This document shows, one piece after another, positions 45,207 through 53,244 of a stretch of DNA of 64,000 nucleotides (position 1 is its first letter; every line of letters starts with the position of its first letter). Position numbers and translations under genes: made by a program. The stretch comes from Rhodothermales bacterium (lineage in GTDB: Bacteria > Bacteroidota > Rhodothermia > Rhodothermales > JAHQVL01), in assembly GCA_041391505.1 (NCBI GenBank), contig JAWKNW010000006.1:192354-256353 (forward strand), given 5' to 3'. The notes below the pieces were generated by a model. That model searched no databases, was not told the origin of the DNA, and saw only the letters and a program-made list of their open reading frames with translations.

Positions 45207-47489
45207 ATGAGGCATTTCTGTGCTGTAGTATGGGTACTTGGCGCGCTGGCGCTGGTCGTCCCGTCATCCGCCCAGCAGGCCGCGCTGCGCGGTTTTGTGA
45301 CGGACGGAGCCACCGGACAGGCGCTGGATCTCGTCAACGTCGTGATTGAAGGGGCCGGCGGGGCCGGCGATGGCGCGAGCACGCGGGCCGACGGACTCTA
45401 TCAATTCAGCCGGCTGGAGCCCGGTGCGTACCGCATCCGCGCGTCGTTTATCGGCTATCAGCTCTTCAGCGACTCGCTGTCCCTGGCCGAGGGGCAGGTG
45501 CTCACGTTCAACATTGCGCTCCAGCCGGTAGAAACCGAGCTGGAGGAGGTCGTGGTGGAATCCGCCGGCCTGGCATCGGTGGCCGTTCCGGTCGCCGGCT
45601 TGCAGACGATCCGCGCGGCCGACATCGATCGCGTGCCGACGCCCGACGTGTCCGGCGACCTGGCCTCGCTGCTGACGACGATTCCTGGCGTCGTGACGAC
45701 CGGAGACCAGGGGGGGCAGCTGTACATCCGCGGCGGCGAGCCCTCGCAGAATATGGTGATGCTGGATGGGATGCTCGTCTACCAGCCCTTCCACATCCTG
45801 GGGTTCTACTCGGCGTTTCCGTCCGATATCGTCAACCGGGCGGACATCTACGCCGGCGGCTTCGGCGCACGCTACGGGGGCCGTCTCTCCTCCGTAATCG
45901 ACATCCGCTCGCGGGACGGCAACAACCAGTCGATCGCCGGCTCCGCCGCGGTCTCGCCGTTTATGGGGGCGCTGCAACTCGAAGGGCCGTTGCTGCCCGG
46001 GAAGGTGTCGCTGCTCGCGTCCTATCGGCGGTCGCTCCTCGACGAGATTGCCGGCCAGTATGTGAACGATGAGCTTCCGTTCGCTTTCGACGACCTCTTC
46101 GTAAAATTCCATGCGAAGGTCACGCCCACCAGCAATTTTTCGGCGACCTACCTCAAGACGACCGATGCCGGCACGCTCGAACAGGCGGGTGGCGAGCTGG
46201 CCCCCGACGAGGTCACCTGGAATAACGAGGTGCTCGGCGGGCGCTACGTCTTCCTGCCGCGCAACGTCCCGGTAGCCGCTGAGCTGCGCATCTCCCATTC
46301 GCGGCTCGAAAACGGCATCGGGCCGGCGGATGCGCCCGTGCGGAAGTCGTCGATCGAGGACACGCACATCATCCTTTCGGCCAGCTTTGTCGGGGCGCAG
46401 CTGAACGCCGACGCGGGCATGGATTTGCGCACGATCTCGCTCGACAGCGAGCTGGGCGGCCTCTATCAGAACGTCGAGTTCAGCAATGCGCGGCTCGGCA
46501 ACTGGGGTAACTACCTGGATCTGGACATCAAACTCGGCGCGTACGCCCGCCTGCAGCCCAGCCTGCGCGCCCAGTTCTACAAGGTTCGATTCCAGCCCTA
46601 CCTGGAGCCGCGGCTGCGGTTTGTGTGGGAGCGGGGGGGCCATCAGCTTTCGGCGGCCACCGGCATCCATCACCAGGAGATCGTGGGGCTGACCGACCGG
46701 CGCGATGCTGCCAACGTGTTCACGGCGTGGACCAGCATCCCGTCGGAAGACGCGCGCGCCGCCAGCGTCGACGCCGGCCGCATCCAGAATGCCCTCCATG
46801 CCATCGTCGGGTACAGCGTCGACACCCGGCGCGGCGTTCGCCTCTCCGCGGAGGGGTTCTACAAACGCATGGGCAACCTCCTCGTGGCGGAGTGGACGGC
46901 CTATCCCCGGTTCACGACGCGCATGCAGCCTGCCTCGGGCCGCTCCGCCGGCTTCGATCTCCGGCTGGATGCGCAGAAGGGCCCGGTTTACGTCCAGGTC
47001 AACTACGGCTATTCGGCGACGCGGTACGAGGCCGAACAGGCGAGCCTGAAAGTCTGGTATGGCACGGAAACGCTCTCGTTCAGGCCGCCGCACGATCGGC
47101 GGCATCAGCTGAACCTGCTGGCGGGGGCCGATCTGGCCGGCTTCGACCTCAGCGTGCACTGGACGTACGGGGCCGGCCTGCCGTACAGCCGCGCCATCGG
47201 CTTCGACGGGTTTGCGCTGATCGACGACATCCGCAACGTCGGTCAGATTCCGACATCCCGCCGCGTGATCTACGAGAGGCCGTACAACGCGGAACTGCCG
47301 AGTTATCACCGGCTCGACGTCAGCCTCGAACGAACGCTTACGCTGGGCAAGACCCGGCTGACGGCGCAGGCCAGCGCGCTGAACCTGTACAACCGCGCGA
47401 ATATCTTCTATCTGGATGTATTCACGCTCCAGCGCGTCGATCAACTGCCGTTTATCCCATCCATCGGACTCAAGGTGGCCTTCCAATGA
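45207..47489 (+). CDS. TonB-dependent receptor with N-terminal carboxypeptidase-regulatory-like domain
   Basis: The ATG at 45207 gives the signal peptide VWVLGALALVVPSSAQQ. CarboxypepD_reg segment LRGFVTD...GAYRIRASFIGY. Plug region EEVVVES...IPGV. Long beta-barrel. Confidence 0.85.
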   Translation: MRHFCAVVWVLGALALVVPSSAQQAALRGFVTDGATGQALDLVNVVIEGAGGAGDGASTRADGLYQFSRLEPGAYRIRASFIGYQLFSDSLSLAEGQVLTFNIALQPVETELEEVVVESAGLASVAVPVAGLQTIRAADIDRVPTPDVSGDLASLLTTIPGVVTTGDQGGQLYIRGGEPSQNMVMLDGMLVYQPFHILGFYSAFPSDIVNRADIYAGGFGARYGGRLSSVIDIRSRDGNNQSIAGSAAVSPFMGALQLEGPLLPGKVSLLASYRRSLLDEIAGQYVNDELPFAFDDLFVKFHAKVTPTSNFSATYLKTTDAGTLEQAGGELAPDEVTWNNEVLGGRYVFLPRNVPVAAELRISHSRLENGIGPADAPVRKSSIEDTHIILSASFVGAQLNADAGMDLRTISLDSELGGLYQNVEFSNARLGNWGNYLDLDIKLGAYARLQPSLRAQFYKVRFQPYLEPRLRFVWERGGHQLSAATGIHHQEIVGLTDRRDAANVFTAWTSIPSEDARAASVDAGRIQNALHAIVGYSVDTRRGVRLSAEGFYKRMGNLLVAEWTAYPRFTTRMQPASGRSAGFDLRLDAQKGPVYVQVNYGYSATRYEAEQASLKVWYGTETLSFRPPHDRRHQLNLLAGADLAGFDLSVHWTYGAGLPYSRAIGFDGFALIDDIRNVGQIPTSRRVIYERPYNAELPSYHRLDVSLERTLTLGKTRLTAQASALNLYNRANIFYLDVFTLQRVDQLPFIPSIGLKVAFQ

Positions 47490-48400
47490 TGCGCTCGAAC
47501 AGACGCCGAGTATCCGGAATCGCGCTGGCGGCGATCGGCCTGGCGGCATGGACCGCCGGCTGCGACTCCGACGTATCGCCCATCCTCGGCACGGAGCAGC
47601 CGTTCACACTCTTCGGCGTCGTGTCGCCCCAACTCGACACGCAGCGCGTGCTGGTTTTCCCGATTCAGGATCGGCTCCAGCAGCTCTCCGGCGAAGCCCT
47701 GGATGCGCGTTTTGTGTGGACCGACACCGAGACGGGCATCGAATCGGCCTGGCAGGATTCCATCGTTCCGCAGGCGGACGGGACCGTCGTGCACCTGTAC
47801 TGGGTCGCCGGCGCGGCCGCATATGGGCGCACGTATGACGTGCGGGTCGCAACCCCCGCCGGCGATGCCGAAACGCAGGTCACGGTCAACGTCCCGCCGA
47901 CAAACGTCGTCGAGATCGGGGAGCCGAGCGGGATATCGGGCGTGATCGTTCCGGTGCTCGTCCGGGGCGACCTGCCCAACCTGCTCAAAATCGAACTCGA
48001 ATACGGATTCGACTACACCCAGACGACCGTCGGGGAGAAGCTGGAGTCGCTGATCCTCCCGTACGACGAGCAGGCGAGCCGCACGGCCGACGGCTGGTTG
48101 ATCCAGGTCAATCTGGTGCGGGACTACCGGACCATCCTCGATTACATCCGGTCCCAGCGCTCCATGGATCTGGCGAAAGGGGTCCAGCTGCGCGGGATAC
48201 AGCTCCGCTTCCTCGTCGCCAACGCCGAATGGAATCCGCCCGACGGGGTGTTCGACCCCGAAGTCCTCGTCCAGCCCGGTACGATGTCGAACGTGAACAA
48301 CGGATTTGGTTTTATCGGCGCCGGCTACCGCACGGTCCAGAACTGGCTCCCGGCGGACAGCATCGCGAACGCCGCCGGCTTCCGGCAGGGAGAGCGGTAG
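47486..48400 (+). CDS. lipoprotein, possibly DUF4249-like partner of the TonB-dependent receptor
   Basis: ATGA start/stop overlap with the receptor gene. Lipobox LAAWTAGC. This position and size are typical of the DUF4249 partner in Bacteroidota; the family assignment itself is not verified. Confidence 0.55.
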   Translation: MMRSNRRRVSGIALAAIGLAAWTAGCDSDVSPILGTEQPFTLFGVVSPQLDTQRVLVFPIQDRLQQLSGEALDARFVWTDTETGIESAWQDSIVPQADGTVVHLYWVAGAAAYGRTYDVRVATPAGDAETQVTVNVPPTNVVEIGEPSGISGVIVPVLVRGDLPNLLKIELEYGFDYTQTTVGEKLESLILPYDEQASRTADGWLIQVNLVRDYRTILDYIRSQRSMDLAKGVQLRGIQLRFLVANAEWNPPDGVFDPEVLVQPGTMSNVNNGFGFIGAGYRTVQNWLPADSIANAAGFRQGER

Positions 48401-48441
48401 GACGCGATCCGCAGCACGTAGATAGCGGCCATTTATCTGAA

Positions 48442-48483
48442 ACGACGAGGGGTCAGCACGATACCGCGCTGACCCCTCGTCGT
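48442..48483. terminator. 16-bp perfect hairpin between convergent genes
   Basis: ACGACGAGGGGTCAGC (48442-57) pairs with GCTGACCCCTCGTCGT (48468-83) across a 10-nt loop. On the minus strand it is followed by the moderately U-rich TTTCAGATAAAT. Confidence 0.55.
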
Positions 48484-48530
48484 TCATTGAAGCTCAGTCC
48501 TTAAACCTGCCGTCTTCCGCCAGGCCGGGC

Positions 48531-50087
48531 TCAGTCCGGCATGGACGTGCGGACGAGCGGGCGCACGCTGCCTTTCGGCGGCATCCGGTCCAGCACCTCC
48601 TGCAACTCGCGCTGGATGTCTTCCGACGTGCGCGACCAGGTTTTCGCGGCCCCGTATTCGTTCAGGACGGCGTCCGTGCTGGCGAGGAGGAGCGACTGGA
48701 TCAGGAACGGGTTGTGGGCCGTCGATCCGTACACATCTTCACCGAACTCGGCCAGGTGGTAGTTGAACAGGGCCCCTTCGGCCACCGTGAAGGTGGGGTC
48801 CGCGGGATCGATCGCGCCGCCGGCTTCCTCGAGGTTCGGGTCGACGATCGAGAGCAGTGCATAGAGATCATCCGCCAGTTCCTGCACGCGGGTACTTGTC
48901 TGCAGCATCGCCGTCGCCGCGGCATCTTCCGAGGCGTGGCAGCCCGAAGCGGTACACGCGTCGAACGAGCGTTCGGCGGTCGTGATGCCGCAACCGCTGT
49001 TCGGTGACGGTTTGCCCTGGGCGTCCAGGCACGGCATGGCCGTAAAGAGGTGGCCCGTGGCGCTGAACACGAAGTCGCCCGTATCGGGGTCCGTGACCTC
49101 GAAGCTGTTCACGTGACACGTGGCGCACAGCTTGGCGTTGGCTTCGCTGCCGTGCGTCGCGATGATCTCGCCCTGGTCGATGTTGGCGTTGGGCGGGAAC
49201 CAGCCGGCGTCGCCGGCGAGCAGCGCCGTCTCCGGAGCGTGTGGTTCGAGCCCGTGCGAGGAGGTCGGATCCGGCACCGTGCGGCGATCGTGGCAGCTTG
49301 CGCACAGGTGTTCTTCGACGGATACCGTGGCGATAGGCCGGCGGAGCTGGCCTTCATACTGCCCGTTGTGCGGGTCGTGGCAGACGCCGCAGGTGATGGC
49401 GAGGTGTTCCGTCGCATCCCGTTCCACGTAATTGTCCGTCACGCCCCAGGCGGCGAGTACGCCCTGACCGCGGTGGCAGCCCTGGCACGCTTCGCGGCCG
49501 GCGGCGGACTCGACGACTTGCGCGTGTTTCGACTGCGCCCATTCATCCGCGAACGGATGGTGCGCGCCCTGGTGGCACTGCGCACAGCCGGTCGCATTGG
49601 CGATGTCGGCCGTGATGTCGCCCACCGCCAGGGAGGCGATCGGGTGGGCGCTGTCGATGTCCGGGTTGGCGACGTGCACCTGGCCGGGGCCGTGGCAGCT
49701 TTCGCACTGGACGTCGTGATACCGGTCGTCGCTGGTGGTGCTCCAGCCGGAGGCCTCGGCAATCGGGTTGCCGTTGGCGCTCACGGTGTGGCAGTTTTCA
49801 CAAAAAGCCTGCGCATGGCCGCCTTCCTGCAGGCTGGCCCAGGCGCCGGCGTGGCCGGTGAAGCGCCACTCGGCTTGCTGGCCGACGTGGCAGTTGCCGC
49901 AGACCGTCAGTTTTTCATCCTTATCGTCGTACCCCAGAAAACCGAGGGCTTCGGCCGGAGGATCTTTGAAGAACGGACGCTCTACTTCTACGACTTCCCG
50001 GAGATCGCAGCCTCCAACGGTCAACATCGCGAATGCACCAAGCAGACCTGCGAGTCCTATGAGTAACGATGAAAATCGAGTTCGCAT
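48531..50087 (-). CDS. multiheme c-type cytochrome lipoprotein (8 CxxCH + 1 CxxxxCH)
   Basis: 518-aa ORF. Lipobox LTVGGC. Heme motifs CGNCH, CENCH, CESCH, CAQCH, CQGCH, CGVCH, CASCH and CATCH, plus CTASGCH. C..CH...W..(S/T).HA spacing recalls the cytochrome c554/c-prime type multiheme family. Confidence 0.85.
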   Translation of the reverse strand: MRTRFSSLLIGLAGLLGAFAMLTVGGCDLREVVEVERPFFKDPPAEALGFLGYDDKDEKLTVCGNCHVGQQAEWRFTGHAGAWASLQEGGHAQAFCENCHTVSANGNPIAEASGWSTTSDDRYHDVQCESCHGPGQVHVANPDIDSAHPIASLAVGDITADIANATGCAQCHQGAHHPFADEWAQSKHAQVVESAAGREACQGCHRGQGVLAAWGVTDNYVERDATEHLAITCGVCHDPHNGQYEGQLRRPIATVSVEEHLCASCHDRRTVPDPTSSHGLEPHAPETALLAGDAGWFPPNANIDQGEIIATHGSEANAKLCATCHVNSFEVTDPDTGDFVFSATGHLFTAMPCLDAQGKPSPNSGCGITTAERSFDACTASGCHASEDAAATAMLQTSTRVQELADDLYALLSIVDPNLEEAGGAIDPADPTFTVAEGALFNYHLAEFGEDVYGSTAHNPFLIQSLLLASTDAVLNEYGAAKTWSRTSEDIQRELQEVLDRMPPKGSVRPLVRTSMPD

Positions 50088-50364
50088 TGTGAGCCTTCGT
50101 CTTGGGGTTGGGGGTATCGAAGATGCCCCGTATCATACTGGTGATAGGCGTCGCGGACTACCGCTAACCTGATCGAAGATAGATTGGCGCGCCGATTGGA
50201 CAAGTAGTGATATCCTTACGCGTACTCTAGGGGAATCCCCTACATCAGGGTCAGGCTAAATTGGTATCCTGCAAACACCGCGTCAGACGTAGTTTTCAGA
50301 CGCGAAATGGGTGCTTGACGGACGATCGCCGGCGCCATTACGGCCACAATATACATAGAAAGCC

Positions 50365-51483
50365 ATGCGCTACCCACTCAGAGCCTCCCTGGTGCTTTTC
50401 CTCTTGCTGATGGGCACCGGCGGAGCGTACGCACAGGTCGTTGAGGATACTTCGGCCGTGGAATTCGGCTTTGATGATATTATAGATGAACCGCCGCCGG
50501 CCGCCACGTCCCTCGGGGGATGGCTGGATATGGTCAACATCAGCGGCCGGTTCGACATCAATTTCGAGATCCAGAATCCCATGAAGGATGAGGATCTGCA
50601 GCAGAAGCAGATTCGCAACTACCACAAGTTTCTCTTTCTGAAAGTCACCCCTACCGACAAGATCACGCTCGACGCGGAAGTGCTCGATCTCTCCTATTAC
50701 GAGATCAAGTACGACCTCACGAGCCGGCTGAATCTGCGCGCCGGCAAGATCTGGGTGCCGTTCGGCGCGACGCCGTTTCACCATTTCTACGGCGCCCGCC
50801 AGGGCGACCCGTTCACCGGTCTGCTGCTGCCCAACGTATGGTCGGAGTACGGCGGGAATCTCGAGGGCCGGATCTTCTCGGGAGATAACATGAGCCTGGG
50901 CGGCGACCTCTACGCCATCCGCGGCTTCGACAACCAGCTCGGACAGGTCATCAACTTCACGAGCGGTGGGTCGGACAACGTCTTCGCCTATGGCGCGCGC
51001 GCGCATCTGACCCTCGGCAGCCGAATCCAGGCGTGGGGATCCGTCATGTACAACGAATTCGGCGTCGACGACGCGGAAGGGCAACTCCTGCTCTGGGGCG
51101 GCGACCTGCTGCTGGATTACGGCTTGCTGGACCTGCCGATTCTGCGCGACCTCCGCCTTCGCGCCGCCTTCGCGCGGGCCGAGGTGCAGGACAAAGTGCT
51201 GGTCGATCCCGACAACAACGGCGACAGCTGGTACTTCCGCTATGGCGACTACGCCGAACTCACCTACCGCGGCCTTCCCGTCGTCACCCCGCGCGTCCGG
51301 TATGGGACGATTATCGACTTCGACGACGCGGTCACGAACAACGACAGCCACAACTGGGAAGTGGCGCTCACGTCGCGTCTCCAGCAACACATCCTGTTCC
51401 TGGCCCAGTACCAGTTCAATCAGGAGGAGGTCAACGAGGTAGACAACGATCTCTTTCGTTTTGCGATCATCTTCGAGTTCTGA
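50365..51483 (+). CDS. porin-like outer-membrane beta-barrel protein (uncharacterised)
   Basis: 372-aa ORF. Signal peptide LVLFLLLMGTGGAYAQ. Alternating amphipathic strands. Ends ...FRFAIIFEF (aromatic C-terminal beta-signal). Confidence 0.6.
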   Translation: MRYPLRASLVLFLLLMGTGGAYAQVVEDTSAVEFGFDDIIDEPPPAATSLGGWLDMVNISGRFDINFEIQNPMKDEDLQQKQIRNYHKFLFLKVTPTDKITLDAEVLDLSYYEIKYDLTSRLNLRAGKIWVPFGATPFHHFYGARQGDPFTGLLLPNVWSEYGGNLEGRIFSGDNMSLGGDLYAIRGFDNQLGQVINFTSGGSDNVFAYGARAHLTLGSRIQAWGSVMYNEFGVDDAEGQLLLWGGDLLLDYGLLDLPILRDLRLRAAFARAEVQDKVLVDPDNNGDSWYFRYGDYAELTYRGLPVVTPRVRYGTIIDFDDAVTNNDSHNWEVALTSRLQQHILFLAQYQFNQEEVNEVDNDLFRFAIIFEF

Positions 51484-51531
51484 TGCCGGCGTACCTACGC
51501 GCCGATACCCACCCCTAGCCTGCCCAAACCC

Positions 51532-52143
51532 ATGGAATCACTTTCCACGCTACGATTATCCCGTCTGCCGATGTCCTTCAAGCTGCTGTTCACCGCAGCG
51601 CTCATGACGCTGGGCACGGGGTATCTGTTCGCCCTCTCCAATATCGCGTTGAAGATCGGGTTCAGTCCGGATCAGGCCGCCACCCGGTACTACGGGAACG
51701 AGGCCTCGCGCCGCATGCTGGAGGGACTGCAGGAAGACGCACCCGTTACCGGGGATGCCGGCGTCAGTGAGGAAGAAGAGTTCAGTTTCGACGATCTCGA
51801 GGCCGACGAAAGCATGTCGGACGAACCGATCGTGTCGATTCCCACGTTCGAAGGACTGGTGTCCGAAGGGCATTTCCACCTTTTCGGCTATACGACGATC
51901 TTTTTTGTCTGCGGACTTGTCGTGGCGCTGGCAGAACTTAGAACGGGGCTTAAGTATTCATTAATCATAGCGCCCTTCGTCGCATCCGTTCTCGACATCT
52001 GGAGCATGCTCTTGACCCGGTTCGTAGGACCCGGGTTTGCGTGGCTTCTCGTCGTCTCGGGCATGGTGATGGCGCTTTCCTTCCTGCTGGTATTTGTCAT
52101 CGGCATCTCCCAGCTCTGGTTTACACACGATCACAAAAGCTAA
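51532..52143 (+). CDS. integral membrane protein, about 4 TM, uncharacterised
   Basis: 203-aa ORF. Four hydrophobic helices, an acidic loop (EEEFSFDDLEADESMSDE), and His residues at the start of TM2 (GHFHLFGY). Alternative ATG at the MSFKLL position. Confidence 0.55.
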   Translation: MESLSTLRLSRLPMSFKLLFTAALMTLGTGYLFALSNIALKIGFSPDQAATRYYGNEASRRMLEGLQEDAPVTGDAGVSEEEEFSFDDLEADESMSDEPIVSIPTFEGLVSEGHFHLFGYTTIFFVCGLVVALAELRTGLKYSLIIAPFVASVLDIWSMLLTRFVGPGFAWLLVVSGMVMALSFLLVFVIGISQLWFTHDHKS

Positions 52144-52153
52144 CAGCATAACC

Positions 52154-52717
52154 ATGCGTCATACTCCCGTTTTCGTCATCGTATTCCTGGCGGCCCTTTT
52201 CGTAGCCGGCCCCGCACTCGGCCAGGTCGCCAAAATGAACGAGATCGTCAGCATGAAAGACGGCCTCAAGGAGATGCTCCAGAATCACGGGGCCGCATCG
52301 CTGAAAAAGGTATCGATCACGGTCGATGCCGAGAAGGCGAAACAGTTCGCACAGACCTATGGGGTTGAAGCGGAAGGCGTCTATACCGTCTATCAGGGCA
52401 TCGGGGCCGATAAATCGACCGTGACCGGCACGGTCATCGTCGTCAACGAGGAAGGGAAAGAAGGACCGCTTCAGATCCTGGTCGCCATCAACCCGGAAGG
52501 CAAAATCTACGATATGGGCTTTACGGTTTTTGGCGAGGATCACGGGAAGTCCGCGCTCGGCTGGAGCTTCCTCAAACAGTTCATGGATAAAAAGCCGGGC
52601 GATGCATTCGTCGTCGGCAACGACGTGGACGGCATCAGCGGCGCGACGTGGACGTCGAACTCCGTGTCGCAGGGTACCGAGAAAGCCGTCGTCGTATTTG
52701 CCGAATTCCTCAAGTAA
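52154..52717 (+). CDS. secreted FMN-binding (FMN_bind) domain protein
   Basis: The ATG at 52154 gives the signal peptide VFVIVFLAALFVAGPALGQ. C-terminal DVDGISGATWTSNSV matches the D-x-x-(S/T)-G-A-(T/S) covalent flavinylation motif of NqrC/RnfG/PplA-type domains. Confidence 0.8.
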   Translation: MRHTPVFVIVFLAALFVAGPALGQVAKMNEIVSMKDGLKEMLQNHGAASLKKVSITVDAEKAKQFAQTYGVEAEGVYTVYQGIGADKSTVTGTVIVVNEEGKEGPLQILVAINPEGKIYDMGFTVFGEDHGKSALGWSFLKQFMDKKPGDAFVVGNDVDGISGATWTSNSVSQGTEKAVVVFAEFLK

Positions 52718-52738
52718 CCCCGACAACAGGAAATCGTC

Positions 52739-53128
52739 ATGTATAAGTCGCTGGGTATCATCGTAGCGCTCCTGCTGGTGGCGGGATGCGGTACCGAGAA
52801 CCCGTTCAGCCGCGGTCCGGAAACGCTCGATGAGGGCGGCGGCGGTCCCATTACGGGTTCTGTCAGTTTCTCCTCCGATGTCGTGCCGCTCCTCCGTCCC
52901 TGCGCCAGCTGCCACAGCAGCGGCGCCGGCGGGTGGACCTACGCCGGCGGGGCAAATGCCTTCAGCGCTGTCAGTTCGGTGATCGACACGGGATCGCCCA
53001 CCAACAGCCTGATGCTCGTCAAGGCGACGGGCGGAGCCGGACATGGCGGCGGTACGGTGTTCTCCGCAGCGAGCTCCCAGTACACGACCATTCGCGCCTG
53101 GATCGAACAGGGGGCGCGGGATAACTAG
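52739..53128 (+). CDS. monoheme c-type cytochrome lipoprotein (PSCyt1-like domain)
   Basis: 129-aa ORF. Lipobox LLVAGC. Single CASCH preceded by DVVPLLRP and followed by ...IRAWIEQGA, the pattern of the planctomycete-type cytochrome c domain. Confidence 0.7.
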   Translation: MYKSLGIIVALLLVAGCGTENPFSRGPETLDEGGGGPITGSVSFSSDVVPLLRPCASCHSSGAGGWTYAGGANAFSAVSSVIDTGSPTNSLMLVKATGGAGHGGGTVFSAASSQYTTIRAWIEQGARDN

Positions 53129-53188
53129 GCCCGGCCGGCCGCTTAGACCGGTGGCGCCGTGACCTGGGCGGCATTCAGGACCAAAAAG

Positions 53189-53223
53189 AAAAAGGGGCAT
53201 TCACAACCGAATGCCCCTTTTTT
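53189..53223. terminator. bidirectional Rho-independent terminator
   Basis: AAAAAGGGGCATTC - ACAACC - GAATGCCCCTTTTTT. A 9-bp GC stem is flanked by an A-run and a T-run, between convergent genes ending at 53128 (+) and 53245 (-). Confidence 0.8.
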
Positions 53224-53244
53224 ATTCCGTTTAGTGTCCGACGG

